Assembly: GCA_012295275.1 (NCBI GenBank)
Contig: CM022676.1
Location: forward strand, 7,936,001 to 8,000,000
Direction: 5' to 3'
Length of the DNA: 64,000 nt
Origin: Chrysomallon squamiferum
Lineage: Eukaryota > Animalia > Mollusca
The notes under the pieces: generated by a model
Database searches by the model: none
What the model was told of the DNA's origin: nothing
The model's input: the letters and a program-made list of their open reading frames with translations, nothing else
Translations under genes and position numbers: made by a program
Part shown: positions 12,624 through 25,292 of the stretch, piece after piece
Position numbering within the stretch: the stretch's first letter is position 1
Layout of the letters: each line of letters starts with the position of its first letter

Positions 12624-13461
12624 GTTACTTAATTTAGTTTAGTTGAATTTAATTTGTTATTATCAGTAGTAGTCTCACCATCATCATCATCATTATCTTC
12701 GTAATTATAATAATAATAATTATAATTATAATTATAACAAAAGCGACGACAACAACAGTATCAACACGGATAAGAATAATAATGATTATTATGATGAGGA
12801 GAATCATGGTCATAACAGCAAAACCAAAAATATATCATTGATGTATTCAATGTTTTTCTGACAAATATATATATATTATTGTTTGCGCTGTCTATACATA
12901 TGTACGTGCATATGTATATATTTTATGGGTATATATCTGTATATGTGCATAGAATTTTTTTAAGGAAATGCTCCGTTTTTTACAGATTTCGATACCTTCT
13001 AAATAGTGTTTGAAATAGTTTGAAATAGATTTCCAAATGTATTTTTCTACAAGTGTATTTTATTAAATGTTACAATGTTATCTATTTTATAGTTTTGAAA
13101 ATGGATACTTTTTAAATAGTTTCTGAAAGTTTTAAATATATATTAATTATATTATTTTGTTGTGGAAATGTATTTGTATACATCTCTGAACGTTTTTGTA
13201 TAAAGTTTTAAAAGGTTTTGTCTATGTAAATAAAATATGGTAGCAAAGTAATAAATACGTAGCCAAAGGACGAAAGCGCACTGTAATATACATTACAATG
13301 GTCAACTTTAAGTCAGCTCGAATCTCTAGAAATAAAATTAAATACATACATATGTGTGTGTGTGTGTATATATATATACACACACACACACACACATACA
13401 CATACATACACACACACACATAAACATACATAATGCATACATACACACACACACACAAATT

Positions 13462-13492
<31 letters not shown>

Positions 13493-14489
13493 ACTCACAC
13501 ATCGGTACAGCAATAGAAACACATTCTTATGTCTGTGTAAGCGAAATTACATTCAGTGAGGCTTGAGAACTGAGTCTCCTTACTCTACGCATTGTTAATT
13601 TACCTGATCATCCCCTAAAAGTAACGATTCAGATTTTCTAATTTATTCCTTCTAAATGTAGTTTATCATCTACATCTCTTCACGCTGACTGATTTGGCAC
13701 AAAAAATATGTATGCTAAAAATTCTTAGATTTATGGGTTTTTTTATAGTACAAGTGAAATTATGAACATTCAAGTATTTCATTTATTTATTTTATTTCTT
13801 TACTATTTTATTATCATCATTACTACTACTGCTGCTATTATTACTACTACTATTACTACTACTACTACTACTATTATTATTATTATTATTAGTATTATTA
13901 GGATTATTATTATTATTATTATTATTATCTAGCCGTAAGTTAATGGTTTTACCAACTAAGCAAAGAGATGAAAAAAATAAAATAATAATAATAACTTTGG
14001 AATGGGCCCTCAAAAATCGGGATTTCGTCAAACTGGCAATTTTGAAACAACAGCCTCTAAAAGTTAAATGTTAAAAAATGTTTAACAATTTGACTAATTA
14101 CTTATCACTGAAATCAGGACAAAAAGACCTACAGTTTTAGCTTGGAGTATCTAATTAAAGTGTTTACAGTTTATGTTTTATTTGTTATGTTTTATTTTGC
14201 AACCAGTTTGTCCCACTACTCACTACAATATATATATATATAATGTATATATATTAATGCATATGTAGCTGGCAGTAAGACGTTGTCACGGTGTCTCCAC
14301 GTCGTTACTTTAATGTCAACTAATAAAATGGAGAGGTGCGTCTACCAAAATGGTGTGAGGGGTTCAATAAAATAGCAGTACATCGTCGTTTTATGCTTCT
14401 ACTGAACAGTAATAGCGTTCCATTCACGGTTGAGAGCAATTTGTAGGTCATGGACGTTAAGGATATGATGGTCGTTTTCGTGTACCCTA

Positions 14490-15230
14490 CAGCGCAGTAG
14501 GTCTCATGCATGCTCAGTTGGGGACAATTTAGGGGACTTTGGTGGCCAGTTCAACACTTGGATGTCGTTCCACTCAAGAAGGTTAGTGGTTAGCCTAGCG
14601 GTGTGTGGTCCAGCGTTGTGATGTTGAAACAGAAAGCCAGGATGCTGCTGCAGGAATGGAATAACCACTGGTGTAATGATCCCGTCACTGTAACGTTGAA
14701 CAGTCATGTTTCCGTGAATGAAGACAAGATCTGTTTTATCTCCACTATGAATGACGGTCCAGGCCATGACTCTGTCACCGCCATGTCGGACATTCTGAAT
14801 GACGTTGTCTGCATCATATCGTTCTCCTCGTCTCCTCCATGACGTCTACCATCAAACTGAACACAAAACCTGGAATCGTCTGTGAATAATGTTTGATCCC
14901 ACTGTCTTCGTTGCCAGTGTTGGTGTATTCTGGCCCAACTCAGAGGTTCTTGAATGTGACGCTCTATGAGCTACAACAGGGCGACGTGCTTGGAATCGTG
15001 CGGCATGGAGATGGTTACGGACAGTTTGAGCTTGAAAAACTAGTGTCTGTGGTTTGCTACAAAGTACGGGCTAAAAGTGGAGCACTCTAGAACCTGTGTC
15101 GTCGAGATGACGTCACTAAATACCTGTCTTCCCTTGGAGTAGTTAAACGTGGATTACCAGAACGTGGTCGATCTGACACTTGCCCAGTGTGGTGTACGTC
15201 GTCGGAGTCGTGATACTGTCATTAACACGA
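14490..15230 (-). mobile_element. Decayed Tc1-family transposase
   Basis: Minus-strand fragments DRPRSGNPRLTTPREDRYL, TVRNHL, LFTDDSRFC, FQHHNAGPHTA and WPPKSPKLSPTEH match Tc1 motifs (FSDESRF, FQQDNARPH, WP..SPDLNPIE); second catalytic Asp mutated, frameshifts. Confidence 0.88.
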
Positions 15231-15979
15231 AAGTAGTGGGTGAGTTCGTGTACACGTTGCCTGGCGTTGACGGCGAGTCAGTATAACAGGACAAATTCTT
15301 CCTTTTGTTTTTGGATAATGTTGGTTCAGTGTATCAACATGTATTTCAATACATCCACAGTTTTTTAAGTTTTTTTTTTTTTTTTTTTATTAGTAGTAGT
15401 AGTATTTTTAAATCTAGAGTTAACTAAATGATTTTACCAACTCTGGCTTCCCCTATCAACCTAAATATACTCTGCAGAGAATGGGCTCTATAAAATCGGG
15501 AGTTAGAAATGGCAATTTTGAGATAACACCACCAGAAAATTAAATATTAAAAAATGTGTAACTTTGGATCTATTACACTGACTACTTTGAATTTCTTCTC
15601 ACAGAAATCCGGATAAAAAGATCTACAATTATAGTTAGCAGTATTTCACAAACAGAAAAAGACTTTTGAGTGCCTAACTGAAATGTTTTCCAGCTTTGAA
15701 TTTATGTAGTATGAACGTATGTATGTACTTGTGTGTGTGAATGTATGTATGTGCGTGTTTGTATAAGTGTATATATGTATGTGTGTGAACTTGTAATTAA
15801 TTACTAAGTTTTCAAATTCATAGTAAAAGTATGTGACTGTGTGTGTGTATGCGCGTTTGTGTACGTGAGCACACACATACAATCATACGTTGTTACAAAG
15901 ATAATTATATATTTACAAATACCTAGGCAGTGAGTTGGATGGACTGATGAATGGACAGAGTGAGGTAAAGAACGAAAAT

Positions 15980-16365
15980 AAAAAAATAGATCAATGCCAA
16001 AATTACCAAAGACAAACAACGGCGTGCTTCATGGGTAGCGATGTCTGCCCTTGATTACTGAGCAAACTTTAGACACAAAAAAAATAGATACACGCAAACA
16101 TTACAAAAGACAAAGAACGGCGTGCTTCGTGGGAGAATATTCAGTCTGATAAAAACATATTTACCAGTGCAAAGTTTGACACAAAAACAAAATAGATGCA
16201 CGCAAACATTAGAAAAGACAAAGAACGGCGTGCTTCGTGGGAAGCGATGATTACCACCGATTAATGAGAAACCTGTTTTCTTGTCTAATGAGATCTACAC
16301 GTAGACAATATTCGGTGACGTCATTCACCTTCGGAGCGCATGTGAATGGCGTGTGAAGCGATGAT
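15980..16365. repeat. Dispersed repeat with three tandem subunits (aagacaaagaacggcgtgcttcgtgg)
   Basis: Three copies here; same family at ~395-575 and, inverted, ~39620-39885. Confidence 0.7.
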
Positions 16366-16579
16366 TACCCTTGGTCAGCACTGAAAAGCTGTCACTTGTT
16401 CATTAGCAGTCCGTAGCCTCATTTTTAGGTCAATTCAAACACGTCGGTCATTTTATGATAGCGGTTTTTGATTTCTTCTTCTAGTGTGTATATGTGGGAC
16501 TAAATTATATATTTATGTTACCAGCAAACTGCTGAAGTCAGTCGAGACTGAAAACATGAAAGTAGTGAAGAAAAGATAA

Positions 16580-16631
<52 letters not shown>

Positions 16632-16672
16632 CTTTATTTTTGTTAACGGGAGTGAACACTAAAATACTGGAA

Positions 16673-16730
16673 ATGAGTTGTAAGTTGTTCTGTGTGTTCG
16701 TGTTACTGGGACGTATATTGTACGTACAAG
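16673..16730 (+). CDS. g2 signal-peptide exon
   Basis: MSCKLFCVFVLLGRILYVQG|gtatgt, phase 1. Confidence 0.8.
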
Positions 16731-18142
16731 GTATGTATTTTCTGTTCAGATTTTTTATCTCTAAGTTAATCTCATTTAGTAACTGTGAAATCTGGGTATA
16801 GTTGGCGTTATGTATGGACGATGGTCATGGATAAATAGTCTTAATTTTATTATCTGATTTATTACCTTTGTGACTGTAAATATAAGCAGACATTGTACAC
16901 ACTAATAAAGTGAATTCATGATTACGTACATATTTATCTATATACTAAATATCAGCAGTTTCTTATTTTGGCGCAAAACATAAAGATTAAACGAGAATGA
17001 AAGGCAATTCTGATAATATAAAATAGTATAGTACAATATAATATACTACTACAGAAAATAATACAATATGATACGATATGATATAATAGGATGTAGTGTA
17101 ATGTAAGTCAACTTAACATAACATAACATAACATAACATAACATAACTTAACATAACATAACTGCATAAAATCACAGTCAATTACACAGCGTACTGTAAC
17201 ATAGAAAATATGTAATTACAAAAACTATTATTTTGTTTAGATTAATTTATTTTAATTTTAATTCTAATTTTAATTAATTTTTTTAAATTTGTTTCTTCTA
17301 ATTTAAGGTCAACAGTATAGATTAACAACATCAGGCCCATATCCACTGGTTGGATCACCTTTTACTTTCACCTGTAAACGTGATTTTCCTGCTCCTAACA
17401 TTACCTGGTTCGTGAATAACACAGAATACAGGATTCGTGTAATAGAAAACTATACTCAGTGTGATTATTTGGATGAATATCCAAAAGAATACAGTTTTAA
17501 CTGCTCAAATAACAAAAATCTCCTCACAATAAAATCTGTCAACTTGAGTCAACAAGGAACTGTGTGGAGATGTGGTGATTACAGACCACGCAGCAATGAA
17601 ATAAAACTTGAAGTGAGAGGTAAAAATCAGTTTTATTATTACCATTGTTGGTAATATATTCTGCTAATCATAACTAAACAAAGCATCTCAATAAAAGAAA
17701 ACAATACTGGAAGTCAGATGTATTATCAATTTCATGTTTATAATTATCTTTCTAGGAAATATGTACTGTTAATGATAACTAAGCAATACATCTCAATAAA
17801 ACAAAATAATATTTGAAATAGATTATAATTACACAAGATAAGAATTATTAATATATTTTAATATCTATATAAGTCTATATTTTTACGTGAAAGAATGTCC
17901 AGCCTAACTCTATGATTAAACAGATACGTTCGTATGCACTAACGTATATCAAGATATATCTTTAGAATTATACCTGTGTGTACATACCAACATTTAGAAA
18001 TGTTTATTTACTTACTTATTTATTTATATATAAATAAATAGTAGTTACAGCAACAGAAATTGTAATATCAACATCAACAACTCAAACACTACATCACCAC
18101 CATCACTTCTACATAATCCAGAAAGTAGTGAAGAAAAGATAA

Positions 18143-18182
<40 letters not shown>

Positions 18183-20616
18183 CTTTAGTTTTATTAACGG
18201 AAGTGAAAACTAAAATACTGGAAATTGAGTTGTAAGTTATTCTGTGTGTTCGTGTTACTGGGACGTATATTGTACGTACAAGGTATGTATTTTCTGTTCC
18301 GATTTTTTATCTCTGAGTTAATCTCATTTAGTAACTGTGAAATCTGGGTATAGTTGGCGTTATGTATGGCCGATGGTTATGGATAAATAGTCTTAATTTT
18401 ATTATCTGATTTATTACCTTTGTGACTGTAAATAGAAGCAGACATTGTACACACTAATAAAGTGAATTCATGATTACGTATATATTTATCTATATACCAA
18501 ATATCAGCAGTTTCTTATTTTGGCGCAAAACATAAAGATTAAACGAGAATGAAAGGCAATTCTGATAATATAAAATAGTATAGTACGATATAATATACTA
18601 CTACAGAAAATAATACAATATGATACGATATGATATAATAGGATGTAGAGTAATATAAGTCAACTTAACATAACATAACTGCATAAAATCACAGTCAATT
18701 ACACAGCGTACTGTAACATAGAAAATATGTAATTACAAAAACTATTATTTTGTTTAGATTAATTTATTTTAATTTTAATTCTAATTTTAATTAATTTTTT
18801 TAAATTTGTTTCTTCTAATTTAAGGTCAACAGTATACATTAACAACATCAGGCTCATATGCACTTGTTGGATCACTTTTTACTTTCACCTGTCACAGTGA
18901 TTTTCCTTCTCCTAACATTACCTGGTTCGTGAATAACACAGAATACAGGATTCGTGTAATAGAAAACTATACTCAGTGTGATTATTTGGGTGAACATCCA
19001 AAAGTATACGGTTTTCACTGCTCAAATAACAAAAATCTCCTCACAATAAAATCTGTCAGCCTCAGTCAACAAGGAACTGTGTGGAGATGTGGTGATTACA
19101 GACCACGCAGCAATGAAATAAAACTTGAAGTGAGAGGTAAAAATCAGTTTTATTATTACCATTGTTGGTAATATATTCTGCTAATCATAACTAAACAAAG
19201 CATCTCAGTAAAAGAAAACAATACTGGAAGTCAGATGTATTATCAATTTCATGTTTATAATTATCTTTCTAGGAAATATGTACTGTGAATGATAACTAAG
19301 CAATACATCTCAATAAAACAAAATAATATTTGAAATAGATTATAATTACACAAGATAAGAATTATTAATATATTTTAATATCTAAGTAAGTCTATATTTT
19401 TACGTGAAAGAATGTAACTCTATGATTAAACAGATACGTTCGTATGCACTAACGTATATCAAGATATATCTTTAGAATTATACCTGTGTGTACATACCAA
19501 CATTTAGAAATGTTTATTTACTTATTTATTTATATATAAATAAATAGTAGTTACAGTAACAGAAATTGTAATATCAACATCAACAACTCAAATACTACAT
19601 CACCACCATCATTTCAACATCATCCATAAACAACAATGCGAACAACCCCACCATTTCTCTATCAGTAAGAACAAAACAAAAATATGACGACGATGATGAT
19701 AATGCTGGCGATGATGATGTTGATGTTGACAACGTCTTTCTTTTTAGATGGTCCAGGAACATCACTCAAGCTGAATACTTCTTCTGTTCTCACTGCTATG
19801 GAAGGAAGTGACGTCACAGTGTCTTGTTCAGCGACCTGTTTTATCACGTGCAATTATCAGTGGAAGCGCTTAGATGACGTCATAAGTAACAGGAGCATTC
19901 TCTCATTGGCTGATATTAATAAATCACAATCAGGTCCCTATGTGTGTACGGCTGAAAATCCAGATACGAAAGAAACTGCCAATAAAACACTTCATTTGAT
20001 TGTAAATCGTAAGTAAAAGCTACAGTAATATTAAAAATTTCAAAATAAACAGACAACTTAGTACTTGTTAGAGGTCTATGTTTAATATATCACACAACCA
20101 GTGATAATCGTTTTACTTGCGAACATCCAGTTAAGGTCTGAGTCACCTTCCTACGCTATAGATTACATTAAGTGTGTATTTAAGTGTGCGTGCCTGTGCG
20201 CGTATTTTGTTTTACTGTTTACAGTTTACTTTCAGGTCCGCCAAATCTTCGAGGGTCCGCGCCATACGCTATCAGCGGTCTTTCTTTTACGTTGACATGT
20301 CAGATTTACCAATATTCAGAACGCGTCACGTGGCTTGTGAATGACGTCACCTATGACGTGTTAAATTCTGGGCCCGGACACTGTTATGTTTTGTCACGTT
20401 TTAGTAAAAATTACAATTTCAGTTGTTTTGATGACGGGTTTCACGTTACTATAAAGTCTGTCCACAGAAATCAACAAGGAAATGTTTGGAGATGTGAAGA
20501 TATGAATCACCAATATTCGAGTAACGCAGTCGTATTGAAAGTTAGAGGTATCTTAATTTAATAATAATAACAACAACTACAACAACAACAATAACAATAA
20601 CAATAACAACAACAAC

Positions 20617-20649
<33 letters not shown>

Positions 20650-21399
20650 TTAGTTTGATTAATTTAATTTAATTTTAATCTTAATTTTTTTTAATTATTT
20701 ATTAATCTAATTATTATTATTATTTTTTAATTTTATATATTTTTATTTTTTTTATTATTATTATTATTATTTGTTTAAATAGAAGGACAGTATCACAGTT
20801 TAACAACATCAGAGAAATATGAAGTTTTTGGATCACCTTTTACTTTTATTTATTTTGATGATTGTATGAAGAGGATCATGTTGACAATAAAAAACTCTGT
20901 GGCTTTTATTATTTATTTATTTATTTAGTTAGTTATTTTTATTTTTATTTTTATTTACACAGACGGTCCCGGCAGTCTTCGAATCAATCCTTCATCTGAC
21001 ATCACAGTAGAGGAAGGAAGTGACGTCACAGTATCATGCAAAGCCGACTGTTTTATCAAATGCCTTTACAAATGGGAATGGAATAATCAGATTGTCATTA
21101 ACAACGGACTACTGGCACTGACTAATATCACGAGATTTCAAAATGGCGTCTACACATGCACTGCTGTTAATCCGGATACGAACGAAACAACAAATGCCAA
21201 AATTATTATTAATGTTGAGAGTAAGTTTTAATTCATTTTATTGTCCATTTAATTTTGAATAGAGATTATAAACCTTTTATATAAAAATATTTGAATAGGA
21301 AAACAGATTGATATACAAATAAACAGAAATATACTGATATACATGCATAGATATAAATAGACAGACTGATGTACATATCTGTGTCCGTTTATATACGAG

Positions 21400-21449
<50 letters not shown>

Positions 21450-22277
21450 GGCACACATACATATGTTCTTGCACACATCATTATATATTTATACTGAGTT
21501 TGTGGATGGATGAACGGATGTATTGATCCAGTGATGTAAAAAATGGAAGAAAAATCAGACAGAGAAACAGACGGACATAGAGAGTAACAGATAAATACAG
21601 AATTATAGGAGAGTTGAAGTACAAACAATGATGTAGAAAGTGTTAAAAAAATAAGGACATGCAGAAAAAAGAAGAAAAGAAAACAACCTTAAATGAAAGA
21701 TACCTTAACAATAGCAAATAAATAATTACATACTTTATGAACATATATTAATAAAAGCAAATTGAAATTACCTGTCTGCTGAAGATATCTAATAATATAT
21801 TAACTTAATTTCACAATTTAATTTGATTAATGAATTTTCAGGAGCTGTAGAAGACTGCTCTCAATTTGGAAAAGGATTTGTCAGTGGTTTTGGAACTTTC
21901 TTTGTTCTGTCTGTTATCATTATCATTGTCGTTGTTTGCTACGTCCGATGTAAAAGAAGTAATTATTTATTTATTAATTTATTTATTTATATATTTGTTC
22001 GTTGTTTATATATTTATTTGTTTGTTTGTTTGTTTATTTCTTTATTTCTTTCTTTATTAGTATGTATATTTGTTTATTTGTTTTAGTATTTTAATTACAC
22101 TTACTTAGAGAGTAAAGGGGAGATAAATGAAGTGTAACTGACACAATTACTTTAAATAGAGTTATCAAACCTGTTTTCCAGATCACCTGTGCATTTCTGC
22201 CACCTGATAATGATATGGCTGACATAAAAAAATTGTTATTATAATAATAATAGTAATAATAATAATAATTATTATTA

Positions 22278-22342
<65 letters not shown>

Positions 22343-25292
22343 GCAGGAGAAAAAAAGGTAAAAAGGTCGAACGCTGAAAGGTAAATTAATTAATAAATCT
22401 CTATTAATGTCTTTTCTATCTGTAAAATAATTAATATGTTTATGTACGTCTACGTATATATATATATATATGTATGTTGTGCGTGTATGTATTTGTGTAT
22501 GTACGTATGTGTGTATGTTCACGTCTATATATGTAACATGCATATATTCATGTAATATATGTGTGTATGAGTGTATGGTGTATATATAGGTATGTATGTT
22601 TGCATTCTTGTGTACGTCCTCGGATTATTGCATCAATGTATATCTATTACTTATATTTGAATAAATAAATGTTTTGTGTCTGTATAAAGTTTCAGAATCG
22701 GCACAAATGAAGGTGTTTCCTACAGTGTTGTTCCGGATTCATGTAAGTTCACACGCACACATACACAAACACACACACACATACATACACACATACACAC
22801 ACATATACACACACATAAACACATAGACACACACAGAGATATATACAGCGATGATTACCTCGTTAACCAGTGTCTTTCCGAATATTGTCTGTGTGCAGAG
22901 TCTAATCAGACGTGCATAAGACAGAAAATATTCAAATCCTAAAATACACAAACATACATAAGTAAATGCATACATATACATACATATATGTTCACCTATT
23001 ACATACAAACACTCATACATCGATGTATCTATGAAAACACATTATTATGTGTATATGCATAGAGCGAGAGATGAGTTACATGTAAAAATATACACTTAAA
23101 AATTCACTTAAATTGTTATACATTTGTGTGTGCGAGCGCTTTCGTGTATTTGTGCACACATACACACACACACACACACACAAGCACACATCCATATATA
23201 TTAATGCGATTATTTTTATCTCTGCACAATCTTTATATAAACGAAAACATAACGTGATTCCACGTTTCAGATAATGAGACCGTGCCAGCAGCTGAACATG
23301 AAGATACAGAGAATCCATATTCTACTATACAGGAAAGACGAAATGACGTCCCAGAAAACGTTATAACGCCTGACAGTAAGTGAACTGATATTAATGAACG
23401 GAAAACAAGAAAAGGATTATTATTTCTTAATCATACACTTCATAAGGCACTTTCACAAAAAATTAAACAAGGTTAATAAAATGTCAGGCTATATTTAGTA
23501 GAAAAGAAAGCAAAACTGAATATCCTATCCGAACTAACCTGTGATTCCAAAAATGTTGTGTATTTTCTAATATGCAATTTATGTAAAACTTATAATAATA
23601 ATAATAATAATAATAAAAATGTGTTGGCCAAACTCAAAATACGTTACGCGTTAGGACTGTTTGTCACAAATACGATAATGTGGATGAAGTTGACATTCTT
23701 GTCGCCATAAGTTTTGACCTACCTGGCCATATACTGGACGATCATTTTGAAATATTCCTAATAGAGCAAACTGATATTCTCAGTCCAGAAACTGAAACTG
23801 ACCTTTTCAGACTGGAATGAGAAGGGTTTTGCATTCATACATTACTAATACAAAAACCATTCGGAATAAATGTTGCATCGAGATAAAATTATTGACACTG
23901 GTAAAAATTGCGAAGGAACAAGATTTTATCTTACGGACTACTATGAAACATCCAGTAACAGCGAATTATTTCAACAAAAGCTACGGAAATGTTTGAAAAT
24001 GTTTTCAAAAGAATTTTATGGAATTTTATGGAATTTTGTATTATTTATATATTTATATTTATTTATTTATTTTATTTATTTATTTGTTTTCCGGACATTT
24101 TACATTTTTTTTACAGATTTTGAGAAACGTAACGTGTATTTTTCGACAAGGGTATTTTGTTGAATGTTACAATATTATATATTTTAGAGAGTTTTGAGAA
24201 AGGATACTTTTTAAAGTTTCTGAAATAGTTTTAAATCGATCTGATATATATTATTTTGTTCTAGAAATGTATTTTTATACATCTCTGAACGCTTTTGTAT
24301 AAAGTTTTGAAACGTTTTATGTATGTAATTAAATGTTTTTAACATATGACAGCAAAATAATAAATATATAGCCAAATAATCAAATCATATTGTAATATAC
24401 ATTGCAGTGGTCAACTTTAAGTCAACTCGAATATCTAGAGATAAATAAAATACATACATGCTTATATACGCACACATACGTACATGCATGCATACATACA
24501 TATATGTACGTTTACTACATACTTATATATGCATGTGTGTGTGTGTGTGTAAAACTTGGATAAATAGTCCTAATTTGGTTAACTGATTTATTATCTGTGT
24601 GATTGTGAAACAGCAGGCAGATATTGCACCTCAGAACACATTAATACAGTGAATTCGTGGTTACGTTGATAGGACCAGTTTATAAACAAAATTATGATTT
24701 AATAACACTTGATTTTTATATTCTATCCTAACCAGCTTAGATGTAAGTTTTCTGTATGTAATTTCTTTATACGCTAAACATCAGTGGTTTCCTATTCTGA
24801 GGCAAGATATTTTTAAGATTAAATCGAAATGAGAAACAGTGCTAATAATACAATTTAAAGTAATGCCATAGGATATAATATGGTACTATACAACATAATA
24901 TAATATTATACGATATCGCAACATGGCAACATGGCTGATTGTCAAGTTTATTTTTTACGTTATGACGTCACTAATCAGTTTTACTCTGGTATGTTGTAAC
25001 TCTACCACTCTGTTTAAAACCAGCCATGAATGTAAGAAGACGCACAAACAAACTGACTTTTTAACTTATATGTCTGTGTGCGCATGTGTGTATTTATTTA
25101 TACATACACACACACATACACACATTATTGCGATTATTGTTTAGCTCCATACATGACAACTTTTATATAAACTAAAATATAATTTCATTCCATGTTTCAG
25201 ACTATGAGTCAGCGAGACCAACTCTACATCAAGATACAGAGACTGTATATTATCATGTATATGTTGAAAGCGCTCCTTCTACAGGAAATTAG
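16673..25292 (+). CDS. g2: Ig-superfamily type I receptor with ITIM+ITSM tail (multi-exon gene span)
   Basis: L 16673-16730, A1 17308-17619, A2 18825-19136, B 19748-20008, C 20236-20547, D 20963-21220, TM 21842-21958, tail exons 22347-22380, 22696-22742, 23271-23375, 25201-25292; all GT/AG and phase-compatible, no stops. Confidence 0.82.
17308..17619 (+). CDS. g2 exon A1, V-like Ig
   Basis: 312 nt open; FTFTCKRDFPAPNITWFVNN..GTVWRCGDYRPRSNEIKLEVR. Confidence 0.87.
18224..18282 (+). pseudogene. Duplicated leader exon with disrupted start (ATG to ATTG)
   Basis: gaaattgagttgtaag versus gaaatgagttgtaag in intact copies. Confidence 0.7.
18825..19136 (+). CDS. g2 exon A2, V-like Ig (tandem duplicate of A1)
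   Basis: 312 nt open; FTFTCHSDFPSPNITWFVNN. Confidence 0.87.
19748..20008 (+). CDS. g2 exon B, C2-like Ig
   Basis: 261 nt; SCSATCFITCNYQW..SGPYVCTAEN. Confidence 0.88.
20236..20547 (+). CDS. g2 exon C, V-like Ig
   Basis: 312 nt; FTLTCQIYQYSERVTW..QGNVWRCED. Confidence 0.88.
20963..21220 (+). CDS. g2 exon D, C2-like Ig
   Basis: 258 nt; DGPGSLRINPSSDITVEEGSDVTVSCKADCFIKCLYKW..NGVYTCTAVNP; absent from the ORF track. Confidence 0.86.
21842..21958 (+). CDS. g2 transmembrane exon
   Basis: AVEDCSQFGKGFVSGFGTFFVLSVIIIIVVVCYVRCKR. Confidence 0.85.
22347..22380 (+). CDS. g2 juxtamembrane micro-exon (34 nt, phase 1 to 2)
   Basis: REKKVKRSNAE; homologous micro-exons at 36210 and 52171, and a same-length, same-phase one at 57429(-). 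Confidence 0.65.
22696..22742 (+). CDS. g2 tail exon with ITIM (VSYSVV)
   Basis: 47 nt, phase 2 to 1; IGTNEGVSYSVVPDS. Confidence 0.7.
23271..23375 (+). CDS. g2 105-nt tyrosine-module exon (single YxxI)
   Basis: YNETVPAAEHEDTENPYSTIQERRNDVPENVITPD. Confidence 0.75.
25201..25292 (+). CDS. g2 terminal exon with ITSM (TVYYHV)
   Basis: NYESARPTLHQDTETVYYHVYVESAPSTGN*. Confidence 0.7.

Noticed and set aside
22091-22543. Poly-N/Y/I/CV/HT ORFs here and throughout the window
   Set aside because: Translations of (AAT)n, (CA)n and (TA)n microsatellites
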